DNA from: Lytechinus pictus | Taxonomy: Eukaryota | Reading direction: 5' to 3' | NCBI RefSeq assembly: GCF_037042905.1 | Contig: NC_087245.1 | Coordinates: 19,036,001 to 19,100,000 of the forward strand | Length of the DNA stretch: 64,000 nt | Shown: positions 39,324 through 51,560 of the stretch, piece after piece | How the letters are laid out: each line of letters begins with the position of its first letter | Numbering within the stretch: the stretch's first letter is position 1 | Made by a program: the position numbers and the translations under genes | The notes under the pieces: model-generated | What the model saw: only the letters and a program-made list of their open reading frames with translations | What the model was told of the DNA's origin: nothing | The model's database searches: none

Positions 39324-39798
39324 GGTGGTTTCAGACCGCCTCGAAGTTCATCAGTTCCAGGTATTCTCTGATCGGGAAATTTACCCCGATCAGAAAAATA
39401 CCAGGTATTTAGGTAATGTGAAAGCAAACTACACGTAATTTCCCCGAAAGAAAATACCCGCTAAATAGTAGGTACTTGGCGAAATTACGAGAACTTTCGC
39501 GGGATTTTTCCAAGGTCGCAGGTATTTTGGCAATGTGAAAGCAATTTACGGGAACTTTTAGCCCAGCGTGTCGTTGGGCGCGGGCGCCGTGGGTGGCTGC
39601 TGGGCTAGTGATTTTGAATCTCGCGCCTTGCCTTCTTATACAGACCATACTGCGCATGCTCGTAACTTCAGGAACTAATCCCGAAGGGTATGTTTCGGGG
39701 CGGTGTGAATGCAGGAATAATTAATGGGTATTTTTTAACCTAAAAAAGTTCTCGTAATTTAACGGGGATTCTTATGATCGAGGCGGTTTGAAACCACC
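39324..39798 (-). mobile_element. MITE family B, copy 2 (inverted relative to copy 1)
   Basis: Reverse complement of 4502-4976 with scattered substitutions and two 1-nt indels; TA flanks. Confidence 0.92.
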
Positions 39799-40060
39799 TA
39801 TTGAACAAAACAATCACTTAAAAAAAGAATGATAATGCACCCGGCCCTGTAGGGTGTGATAACTATAAATAAGACTATTCCATTGGATTGCTTTGTATAT
39901 CAAATCAAATAAAAGATTTTCCCAGCAAATCAGAATTTTATGTGAAACATCTATACTGTACATGATTCACTAGCACAAATAGAAATGCATCTTTATTCAA
40001 TCTGTTCATCCCCAATCTACGTGTATCTTCAAATGGGCTACTACTCATCTCTTTATTTAT

Positions 40061-40109
40061 CCCACCAAGCCCACCAAGCCCACCAAGCCCACCAAGCCCA
40101 CCAAGCCCA
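40061..40109 (+). repeat. Perfect 9-bp tandem repeat (CCCACCAAG)x5
   Basis: Directly visible. Confidence 0.95.
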
Positions 40110-42699
40110 ATGACATATAGTGAGAACTCATGGCTTTATTATACAGGGATTACAATCTGAAAATCATATACCCTTAGCAACGCCTATAAGAAAACCACAT
40201 CCCCCAATAGATATAGACCTTCCCATGCATATAATTTGATGTTGTGTTTAGTGACTGCACGCTATTAGTCATACGTGTGCATTCTGCGACTGTTCAACTG
40301 TGTGCAACTGATCATCGATTGGGGATGCTACATGTATGGCAGCTTCCGCATTAACATACTATACGTAAGACTACTAGAAATTAAGTATCGGTATAAGAAA
40401 GAACTGTTTTAGTCAACCAATGTCAATAATTCAATTCAACAAGATTTTTAAAATCAACAATGCAAAATATTAGTCACAATGAATGAACAGTATTCTTTAT
40501 TTTATTGAGATATCACCAATTATGGACGAAAAAGAAAATTACCAAGGAGGATGTCCCAGAAAACGAAGGTCAACTGTCAGTTACATGTATGTAAAATTCA
40601 TCGTTCAGAAAGATCTGCCCAATGATTTAATTTTACTAGAGAAAATTATTTTTGAATAATTCCTTAGTGTTTGAACAACTTTGGGCCTATTCAATTTGAT
40701 ATTTTTCAAGAAAAGTAGCTGTACTCATACCAAAACTTACTGTTACATTTATACATCCTGTACATGTATTTTTATGTAGGCCAAAATGTTAAGAGTAAAC
40801 CTACATAAAACAGATGGGTCCTCACTTCCACGATACATGTTTATTATGGTATCGGTACATTGTAGATAATATACATTTCAGAGCTAACTGAGAGGGTTTT
40901 TAAAAGCAGCTATTAAATGGTGGTAAAACATTTCTTCAGCAATCATTTTCAAATACATCATATTTTGATTTCAATTTTCCATAGTACTGGAGTTCAAGTC
41001 ATGAGGTTTTTGGCCCCTCTTGCCTGCCTTTAGTCTCTCAATGCAGCCTCAATTTGAAAACCCAGGAAAAAAATTGACTCTGTATGGAATACAGCCAGGG
41101 AATTTGAGTGGAAATATGAAACAACCATCGTACAATACTCAGTTTATTGTGAATTTAAATTAAAGTGAATATACTTCTTTCAACATTAAACAAAATATGT
41201 AGGTTAAGCCCATCAATTAACAATAGAACATGACCTTTGAAATCTTCATGAAATGGACAATAATATTTCATAGGCATGCCATACCATTTTTAGTTCGACA
41301 AAGGGACAAAACCAAATTAAGTAGGCCCTAATCAACATACTGTATGAATCATCATAATATAATTTCACTGTGGTATATTCCTGAGCATAATACGCTAATT
41401 TGGCATAGTGTAGGCCCTACATAAAGCTTCATTATTCACGATTAGTATGAAACCATAGCTGATTTGGGTCAAATGTGATTCATAATCTCCTCATACATGT
41501 CATGTATATAAACGATAGGGACCAAAATCTAACAAAAGAAAATCAATTTTTCACGATTCATTAATTCGTTTGCCAATTGGATTCCATATGGACATCGCAT
41601 CTGCAGTTGCGATCCAGTGTCTTGCAATGTGAATTGTACACTTAGGACAGCAACTGTTCCTATCAGGTAAGCCTTCGGAATTGAAACAGGCACTTCCTGT
41701 TCAAAATAAAAACTGGGACATTCCATTTATACCATCCTCTTGAACAAAAAAAAACCTCCTTCCTCTCAGAACAGACATCGTCACTTCCCTTTCAGTCACA
41801 AGATAATCAAAGACTTCCACAGACATCTCCCCAAATAGGGTCTGATGGTGGAGACTAACCCCACACCAGAAGGGGTGAAACAGAGTTCAACGGCAAAACT
41901 TGACAGAGGTTAGAAGCAGGAGCAGAATTTTCAGAGTAATTGGTGAATCACGTTCACGAAATAGCATGCGGTTTGTTTTGTAACTCCAGGTGATGCCGAA
42001 AACCGTCTTCAAATTCTGCCCTTCCTTTCTTTCCTTCCTCCCATTTTCACTTTCTTTTTCTTCTTTTTTTCCTCTGCAAGTTTCCCTACCATTTTTTATC
42101 TCATATATTTTACTTAGAAAGGAAACCAAGCAGGACAGATTTTCAAGCCAAACTACACTAGTTCACTTCTAATTACCCCTTGTTTCTTTGATCAATAACG
42201 ACAAAAAATAGGGAAGAATAATAATTGAGTTATGTTACAATGTATGTTAACAACAACTATTTATTCTCCATTTTTTAAATACATGGGATCTAATTCTTCT
42301 TCATTTGTAACTTGTATTTTTGCACACTTAAGTGATATCACATTTTGCAAAAGCAAGTGTACAATAAGGGTAGGAAATATGTTTGATTTTAGGGGCTGCT
42401 TTTGCCAGATTGGGGCTAATTCTTTTAATTCAATGGATATTTTTGTTATCCAACCGTAATATATTTCATAATTCTGCTGGACATATATGTAAAATATAAA
42501 TTTTCCATTAAGTGTTATTGAACATTTTTGGGGGCAAATCATGGGGCAACTTTAAAGTTTGGTTGCCCTAAAACATTCCACTTTGCAAATTTTAGGGGAG
42601 ATTTTGTTATGAAGGCAAAATTTCACTAGCCCTAGTGTGTTCCCTACACTACATGTAGTACATATTTTTAATGTTGTTTTCTTTATTGAAGTTTGTCAG

Positions 42700-43208
42700 T
42701 TTGACAATCCAAACATCGTGACTGCACTCGACTCCATTCGATCGAATCGAAAACATCACAAGCGCAAGCTCAACTAACATAGAAGGCAACTTATCACACA
42801 GCCTAGCCGTGTGTTGCTGCCCTCTACGTTCGAAGCTGTACAGCACAATATCAAAATGGCGGATAGGCGAAAGACGTTGACGGCTCAGAATGATGTCCAA
42901 AAAGCCCCAAAATTATCTATAAAACTTCATCCAATCCTAAAATAATGCTAATAACGTGAAAGGTGAGGATGTATTTATGCTAAATGTTTGTTAAAAGATG
43001 CTAGGTAGTCATTTACATCTGATGAACGCGGATTTTAAAGCGTTCTTGGTACAGTGGCAGATACAAATTTTGACCAACACAAGTATGTGACATGACATCG
43101 CTATAATGCATAAAAAACGCGTATTTGTCGATAGATATCGTTATCGATATCGTTAAGATATTTTTAGCATGATATCGACAGAGAATTTACTCAACGATAA
43201 CAGCCCTA
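42700..43208. mobile_element. Possible hAT-like element fragment (right end)
   Basis: CpG-rich block ending in clustered CGATA/TATCG motifs and CAGCCCTA, a common hAT-MITE terminus; no matching left end or TSD found. Confidence 0.4.
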
Positions 43209-43690
43209 TTATGTACATGTACATGCATACATGTACATACAGTAGTTTAATAAACTAGAAACAGAGACTTATTAGGAGGTCTCAGTCAGGTCAGACAAAC
43301 ATTTTTTTTTGTGTAATTATAATTATCATACATGTATGTACATGTAATGTAAAACTTGCAACCTCAAATTAGCCTACAGTTCACACAAAAAGCTGAATGT
43401 AAAAACCTCATCAACATCTCAAAGAAAAAATAGCCTATAGGCCTACATTTTCATGTCTTTTTTTTAAACCTTGATATCCTTCAGGGTCTATTCAGAATAT
43501 AATTTCCTTCATGGTCTAATGGTTAAAACTATTGTAGTAAATCTTATAAGGGAGAGGTGTTTACACTGTGCTCAATAACATTTTCATCCCACTGTTGCAA
43601 CTTTTAATGTTCCATTTCTTTAGCTCTCATACAGGTACATGTACGGCTCTATGTCCTGAAATGTAGTCTACACTCACAGACTTTTCTTAA

Positions 43691-44284
43691 AGGACAAGTC
43701 CACCCCAACAAAAAGTTGATTTGAATATAAAGAGAAAAATCCAACAAGCATAACACTGAAAATTTCATCAAAATCTGATGTAAAATAAGAAAGTTATGAC
43801 ACTTTAAAGTTTCACTTAATTTCACAAAACAGTTATATGCACATCCTGGTCGGTATGCAAATGAGGAGACTAGTGACGTCATCCACTCACTATTTCTTTT
43901 GTATTTTATTATATGAAATATGAAATATTCTAATTTTATCCTCATTGTTAAGTGATACAACAATTAATTCCTCCCTGAACATGTGGATTTAGCATTGTTT
44001 AATACTATATGGTTCAGTCAAGTTGGTCCTTATTGTCAAATCTATAAAAAAATGAAATATTGTATAATTCAAACAATAAAAAACAAAAGAAATAGTGAGT
44101 GATGGACATCATCGACTGACTCACCTAGTTGTGCATATCACTGTTTTGTGAAAAATAAGCGAAATTTAAAAATGTCATAACTTTCTTATTTTACATCCGA
44201 TTTTGATGAAATTTTCAGCACTGTGTTGGTTTGATTTTTCTGTATTTATTCAAGTCAGCATTTTTACTGGGGTGGACTTGACCT
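43691..44284 (+). mobile_element. MITE family A, copy 2
   Basis: TTAA at 43687-43690 and 44285-44288; same TIRs as 5630-6232. Confidence 0.92.
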
Positions 44285-45115
44285 TTAATATGCTAAGAAC
44301 AAGAGTAAACCTCAAAGGGGAAACTGGGTGGTTTTGAAGGCATATCCTCAGAATGAATGCCTCTACATCCTACTTGTACATGTTTCATTGATTGACATAA
44401 AACAAAATCACAACACTTACATGTATATTTACATAAGTACGCCCTACATGTACATGTATAAACCCCAGAAATGAAGGTGTGACAAAATCATTTTTATATT
44501 CATTTTGAACAAGGCAAGGGCACAGGTACAAATGTTTACTAAAACTAAATAACCAGAACTGCATAATGACACTTTGATACGTTTTGAGATCAAGTGCACT
44601 CATACCTGCATACATCAACACATGATTTTCTACACAGGCCAAGGTCAAAACCAAGAGGGTACTGATATCTGTGCCATGAACTTCGTTTCACCCTCCCCTA
44701 AACACTTCAACTGCAAAGATCCTCCTACTACTGCACCATTGCCATCACTGAACAATAACCTCAATCCTACTTTTTCCCCATCCAACTCTCGTAAAATCTT
44801 CCAAGGGTGCCTGACTTCAAACATTGCTGATCTATTTTTACTTCGCTTTCAATCTGATCCCCATAACATGAATCATTACGACAGATAATGATACCCAGTA
44901 CGGTATACAAACTCAGCTTCCACAAAATACATTGTACAACCATTCAGGCCCTTCTTCACCTACTTCCTCCTCATCATCTACTATTCTCATCCATCTTCAA
45001 TCGATATACAAAAAAAAGTTACAGTATAATTAATTATTTTCTTTCGTGATTTCAATCCTTCACATTATGGGGGTGTAAGCATGATCAATTATCATAGATG
45101 ACAGGCCTAACTGTA

Positions 45116-45372
45116 CCGCCGTACTTTGGCAAAAGGAAGCAAGTTACAAAAGCATCATTTTGTTGTAAATGAGAATGTGTGTTTGTCCATTACATGTACA
45201 TAGGCATCAATGCAATTTAATAGAATATTTTCTTCAATATCTTAATAATAATAATAATATAGAATGATCATTTTGAACATGCAACATACAAAGGGTGTTA
45301 AAGAAACAACAATAAAGGCAACTCAATTTGACTGATGTGTCACTTGCTTCCTTTTGCCAAAGCTGGGCAGTG
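45116..45372. mobile_element. Small MITE with TA flanks
   Basis: Perfect 21-bp inverted repeat CTTTGGCAAAAGGAAGCAAGT (45124-45144 / 45342-45362); right end GGCAGTG-TA, left end decayed. Confidence 0.7.
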
Positions 45373-45485
45373 TAGACAACAAGTGGAACACCTCAATATA
45401 TTCAATATAGCAGCAGTGCTAACTTTGGGGAAAACTATGATGAATAAATTATTCACAAAAAATCATTGATATGAAATAAATTACT

Positions 45486-46416
45486 AAGTTCATTGACCCT
45501 ACATTGCCTCTGACCTTGATCATGCGACTGTCCTGAAATTAATGCAAAACAATCGGAGATATTCTATTACTTCTGATATAAAAAAATATACCGTACATGC
45601 TCAAATTTCATTGACCCTAAATGACTTTTGACCTTAATCATGTGACTAAGAACTCATTCAATACAATCAATATTGCTTGATTACTCTTACATGTCCAAGT
45701 TTCATGAACTAGAATACTAGATCCATAAAGTTATGATGACATATAAAGGACAAGTCCACCCCAACAAAAAGTTGATTCGAATAAAAAAGAGAAAAATCCA
45801 ACAAGCATAACACTGAAAATTTGAAAATTTCATCAAAATTGGATGTAAAATACAAAAGTTATGACATTTTAATTTCATAAGACAGTTATATTCACATTCT
45901 TGTTGGTAATGCAAATGAGGAGACTGATGACATCACTCACTCACTATTTCTTTTGTATTTTATCATATGAATTGTGAAATATTCAAATTTTCCACCTGTT
46001 ATCCGGTGAAACAACGATTAATTCCTATATGGTTCAATCAAGTTGGTCCTTATTGTCAAATCTGCAAAAAATTAAATTTTGTATACGTAATTCAAACAAT
46101 AAAAAACAAAAGAAATAGTGAGTGAGGGACATCATCGACTGTGTCGTTTGCATGTCACCGAGTTGTGCATATGACTGTTTTGTAGAAAATAAGCGACACT
46201 TTAAAATGTCATAGCTTTCTTATTTTACATCCGATTTTGATGAAATTTTCAGCATAATGCTTTTTTTATTTTGCTCTACTTATTCAAATCAACATTTTTC
46301 TGGGGTGGACTTGACCTTTAAAAAACTTTACCTTGGTAAGGATTTCAATGTTGATACCCCTTACATGGTTAAAGTTCGTTGACTCATATTGACCTTTGAC
46401 CTTGGTCATGTGACCT
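45486..46416 (+). repeat. TGACCTTTGACC-type periodic repeat interrupted by MITE A copy 3
   Basis: Three AAGTTCATTGACC...TGACCTT..TCATGTGAC units at about 45486, 45603 and 46371. Confidence 0.65.
45747..46317 (+). mobile_element. MITE family A, copy 3 (more decayed, nested)
   Basis: Same TIRs; left flank ATAA, right flank TTAA; internal deletions relative to copy 2. Confidence 0.9.
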
Positions 46417-46419
46417 ATT

Positions 46420-46806
46420 GGGAGGGCAGTTTTGGCATTCTTCATAGAAAATGGGTTTCAACTTTTGTGACATCATAAACCAGCAGCACCTCAAACAGTA
46501 TTTCATGTGATATAAATTTTAAAAAATGAAATTTTCTCTTAAATTTAAATTGATTTTATTTGTGTGGGGATAAATTATCACACACATTTTTTTACAGCAC
46601 AAGCTGATAGAAAGGCATTTATTTAATTAATGTTCCATTAAAAATGTGAATTTATGTCACATATATTACATGATATGGGAAATATTTAACAATTCATAAC
46701 TCTCTTATTCTCTGATGTATTTTTATCAAACCTTCACCAATATTTTTCACAATTTTTTCTTCCTTTATTAACACAAACTTATATTCAGGGTGAACTTTCC
46801 CTTTAA
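46420..46806 (+). mobile_element. Partial Kolobok-like MITE (right end only; left boundary approximate)
   Basis: Ends CAGGGTGAACTTTCCCT-TTAA; related to 31830-32158. Confidence 0.55.
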
Positions 46807-47128
46807 AAGAAAGAAGGGGGAATTGGGGCTCTTTTTTCAATAAGGTCTGTAACAGGAGACAACAGAGGGACCAACTGTGTAAAAATGCTTCCTTTTCAGC
46901 ATACAATACAGTGGTCAGACAATCGACTGCCAAATTCCAAGAAACCTCCAAGAGAGGACCTGCTTTGCCAAAATGTGGATAGCCACCATGATTTAGCAAG
47001 CTTTACCCAAGAGGCTCTGGGAAGGGGAACAAAGGCATTACTCAAATAACTTCTTTTTAACTGTGGAAAAGTTTTTTGTGGTTATATGCTTACCATATCT
47101 CCCTGGTATATGCACATTGCAGTGTTAA

Positions 47129-47523
47129 AGGTAAATGCTAGTTTTGGTAACGATATCAAAATGAGTTCGTACAGAATCCAATGAAATGACCACCAAAGTG
47201 TCTGTTTGTATAAATAAAACGCATGTGCCAAAGGATTCTGGAAGAAATTGTGTAATTGCTGAGAAATCAGCAAATAAGCACAGGATTCGGGTAGAGCGTC
47301 GGGCCCGACGCTCTAAGCAATAATTATACACAGTCCCACGTGCGCTTATCTGTGTTGGGGAAGTTCAGTCTGAACATTTTTCAGCGTAGATTTCAAGATT
47401 TCACAAAGTTCAGTTTATGTAACTGTACCAGATCTAGATCCTCGATGATATACTGACAATTAAGCCTGGTTTTACAGACTTTCTCATGAAATCAGTGTTT
47501 ACTGCAACTACTGGAATTTCTCT
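47129..47523. mobile_element. TTAA-flanked non-autonomous element (Kolobok-like) with central palindrome
   Basis: TTAA at 47125-47128 and 47524-47527; short imperfect TIRs AGGTAAATGCTAGT / ACTGGAATTTCTCT; 24-bp palindrome at 47292-47315. Confidence 0.7.
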
Positions 47524-50500
47524 TTAAACTTTAAACTGTGGAGGCGACTTTCATTTCCAACTCAATTTATCTTTAGTCCATACCATCTGTGTGCAAATGT
47601 TATTCAATATTTTGGTCAAAATTAGACCCATGTTTAATGATCACCATTCATTTCTCTTTAATTATATCACATACATATCAAAAAAGCAACTCGAGAATGA
47701 CGAATTACACAATTGCCTTATTTTAAATTACAAAGAGAATCAAGTGTTTTGTTTAAATGTTTGACAATAAAAAAATTTACATTCCCTCCCTTTCTTTCTA
47801 CATCATTAAAATAAAAAATGTTTGGATGGCCACTCTCCACACCAAAATATCAAGTTTTCTTCATGATTTCACAAACCAAACAAGATCCTTTTATGCCTCT
47901 TGGTCAATCAGCAAAAGCTCTATTTCAACTTCATCCAGTTTTCCCCCTTCCACAAATTTGAGAATTGATATGACATGACTAGTGACTATACAGTATGTCT
48001 ATTCTCTTATCTCCCCTAAATGCTTTATGTACATTTATAACAGTGAGGATATTCTTGGCTAGATCATTTTATTTATGTACAGCTACATCTATTGATCTTG
48101 ATACAAATAAAAAGAGCTTCAAAATACATGTAACAAACTAAATTCTGGACACACTTAATTCTTGAAGTTGAAGGTGAAGACTGCATGGTTTTATATAAGA
48201 CACAATCAGAAAATGAGAGAGAGACAGAGAGAAAGAAAGGTCAATAATCTTATCCATATTGAATACATTTTTCAGAAAAAAAACTCTTACATCCTTTCTG
48301 GTGGGACTATCTTACTACTAGACAATGGGGGGAAACGTCCACCAGCTGAAAAATGAGTGCATGTGTCAGCATTGAAGTTGAAAGAATTTCACTTTTCAAA
48401 GTTCAAGGACCTTAAAAGCAAGTGGCTGCACTTCCTACTGTACATTGACTTCCTACATGTATCAATTATTCTGAATCCAATCCCCTAATATCAATATGTG
48501 ATAAAAGAATATTTTTTTAAGCACCATGAAAATGAATCCATACTATCTCTTGAGGAGATTGTTACTTTGATCTACACGTATAGGCCTAAGTGTAGCATTT
48601 AAGTAGGCTACATTATAATAATTCGATTTCTGATGATTCATTTATTTACACCAACTGTATCATGCTAATCATGTTTTCCTTTTTTTTTTTTTTTTTACTA
48701 AAAGAATGACAGAAGAATTAGACAGATTATGGCCCATGTTGTATACTCGAAGCAGAACAATTCACTGATTCATGCTTACAACATGGATCATAATGATTTC
48801 AATACAGTTCACCAGTCATTCTAGTACAAAAATGAACAAAAAAATAAACTGCTTCCAATACTTTGTAACTTTAAATTCTTTAATATCACAAATCAAGACA
48901 AATTGAAAATACTTTTTTTTTCCTAACAAAATAATTCTCCCCATTTGAACTTTAATTCATAAACCTTGAACTATCTACATGTATCTGTAGAATGTAGGGC
49001 CTATCACAATAAATCTTACCCTTTTTCAAATCTCATTAAAAGTATGATGTGGTTCTAAAACACTATAAAAGTACAAAACATTGTGCCAATAACATTCTCA
49101 TTACAACTTTATTTTGCAACCTTGTGTATTGTGTACAATTACAAATGAAGTGATTGATTGCTTGAAATCTAAAATTCATGGCACAAAAACTCATAATTAG
49201 TTGAGGTTTGGAACTTGAACATAAGTTATTCAAAACATTATGATCACAATTTCATGCTTTATTATTTATTGATTTCATGCTAAATATTTTCTTTCATGAT
49301 AATAATGCCTGGTGTTCACATGTCATTGTAAGAGCTCAGAGGCCTATTATCTAATATTGTTTCAACAATAAAATCATCAAATCCATCCTTTACTGAATAC
49401 AGAGAAATAGGACTTCAGGTTTTAAAAAAAGTGTCAAAACCAACAAGACAATACTCGAGCAAGATGAAGTACATGTAGGTTATTATTTTTAAGGGCTGAC
49501 TGACAATGTTATCCTTACCCAGTTTTTAGATATCATAAGTATGGATGGAGGTTAAAAATACAGTTCATCCAGAATGATTCAACTCTTGATAATTATGTGA
49601 CAGGAAATGATTCCACATTGTGAAGCAACCAACCTTGGCCGAGTTTAACAATGAATGACAACTCTTAGGACACTGGGATGGGCATAAACTAATATCGACA
49701 ACTCTGCATGTTAAGCCAGTTTACGTGTAGGCCTATCTACATCACATGGCAGAAATCATTCTTTGTTCAGAGAAGTACACTCACTTTTCATAATTAGCTT
49801 CAGACACATAAAGCTTTCCATGGAAGTAACTGTAATGTAACTTTCATTTTAATAAACGATGTCCTTCCGAAATTAAGATTTAAAACATAGGACAGACACT
49901 TCTCATGGTTAAAACAAGAAGTCATGCCGTGTGATGCTTTGTATTATGGGAATATGCAAATGCTGAATTTAGCTAAATGCAAATAAGGAGGGTTTGATAC
50001 AGAATATGCTTTTATTCATTATTTATAAATGGAATACTAATTTTTACAAAAACAGAGTTTCTTGGTTAATCTTCAGGATGATTATGTCATTTCCACAACT
50101 AATTGTGGTATTATAGCTTGACATTTCAGTTGTTTGATTCCTGTTTGTTTTACAAACGTTACATGTAGGCCTATATACATTCGCTTATGACAGGAATAAT
50201 AAGGAAATTAGCATTACAAATTCAAATAACATTAGAAACATGACTTCTAAAAAAATGTTATTTCAAATGAATACTCCAAAAAGCTTAAGTTAAAATTCAT
50301 TTCAATGACCAGCTACTAGGGCAGATCCATTCCTTAAGGATAAGGACATAATAACTTTTCATTACTTAAACCCTTTTAAGCTGAAACAAGGTCGAAAAAT
50401 GTAGACTTTGTGAAGAAAAAAAACGTTTCAACAGTTGCGAATGATGACTTTCTTAAATTTCACGTGATAACCAGTCACTCCACCATTACAAAAATGTAAT

Positions 50501-51382
50501 GACAAACAAACAAAAGTACATTGTGTATGATATACTAGCTGTCTAACAGGTGATTCATGTTACAAGCTGTTCTTTTAATATATAACTTCATTTCTGCACT
50601 TAGCCTAATTATTGTTGATAAGTCATTAATGACATGTTTTGTAGAATTAAAAGATAAACTTGAACTTCAACAATCACGTTTCTAAATGACATGCTTACAC
50701 AAGTGCAACTGTACTTAGCCTCTTCTTAGGCCTATTGACAGACTCATGAACATATTTACTTGTTACTGTATTAACATTCATGACATTAGTCCATCTTAGG
50801 TTATGGAATTGGAAAACCCAGTTTCAGTAACAAATTGATTCCTGTTGCCATTTCCCAAATCTTAACATGTGGAACAGTTCCCCCTAGGCTATGGCTAAAC
50901 AACTTGCACAATGAGGAATGAAATATCATACTCCTAATTAATGCCAGTGGATAGAACTGGGAGAATGTAAACAAACACTTTCTATGCATTGACATTATTT
51001 ACAGTTATCCTACTTACATGACTTACCAAAATCAAGAGACAGCTTCAACTAGAAGATAGGGAATCTTAGTTATAATCCACAAATCATGGGAACACTCCGT
51101 TCCCAATGACAATATAGCCTTGTTGGACAATCCAATGGTCTGCATAGAGGCGTTATATCATTCATTCATGCACTGCACTGTATAGGGTCTATAACATCCC
51201 GTTCCAAGTGTTTACGTTTGCAACGTGAATAGTGTTTCACAACGTGAAATAGGCATATACCACTCGTAGTAGTACTACCGTAGTACAATAGTCAATACAA
51301 TCCAAAAAATGAAGAGTTTGCGAATCACGAGACTCGACAATGTCGAGTCCCAACACATTCACCATCCAACAAAAGTACTCAC

Positions 51383-51560
51383 ATAGAAGCTGCTACCTAT
51401 GTTAATACACTTGTCCAAGACAAGCAACTTGGTCCGTCCAAAATTCCCGAAAAATCAAATTATCAAAGTTTTTCCTCCGAGCTCTGTATACGTATTATGT
51501 TCTAGGTCAGTTCAGTTTTGAACATGCTCGAGCGCAGAGCAAAACATCCGAATCACACAC
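51383..51560 (-). ncRNA. Candidate first exon/TSS region of the - strand unit
   Basis: Donor TAT|GTGAGT at 51382 at the edge of a CpG-rich zone, UTR-like sequence with no long ORF; further GTAAGT donors near 51012-51026. The 5' end is approximate. Confidence 0.5.

Noticed and set aside
42856..42945. AAAATGGCGG start/YY1 motif as a gene start
   Set aside because: The ORF closes after 29 codons and sits in a probable hAT-like fragment.
43649..45914. Similar short ORFs containing LKCHNF.ILHP.LMKFS at 6041, 43649 and 45717 as a gene family
   Set aside because: They are translations of the family A MITE inverted repeats.
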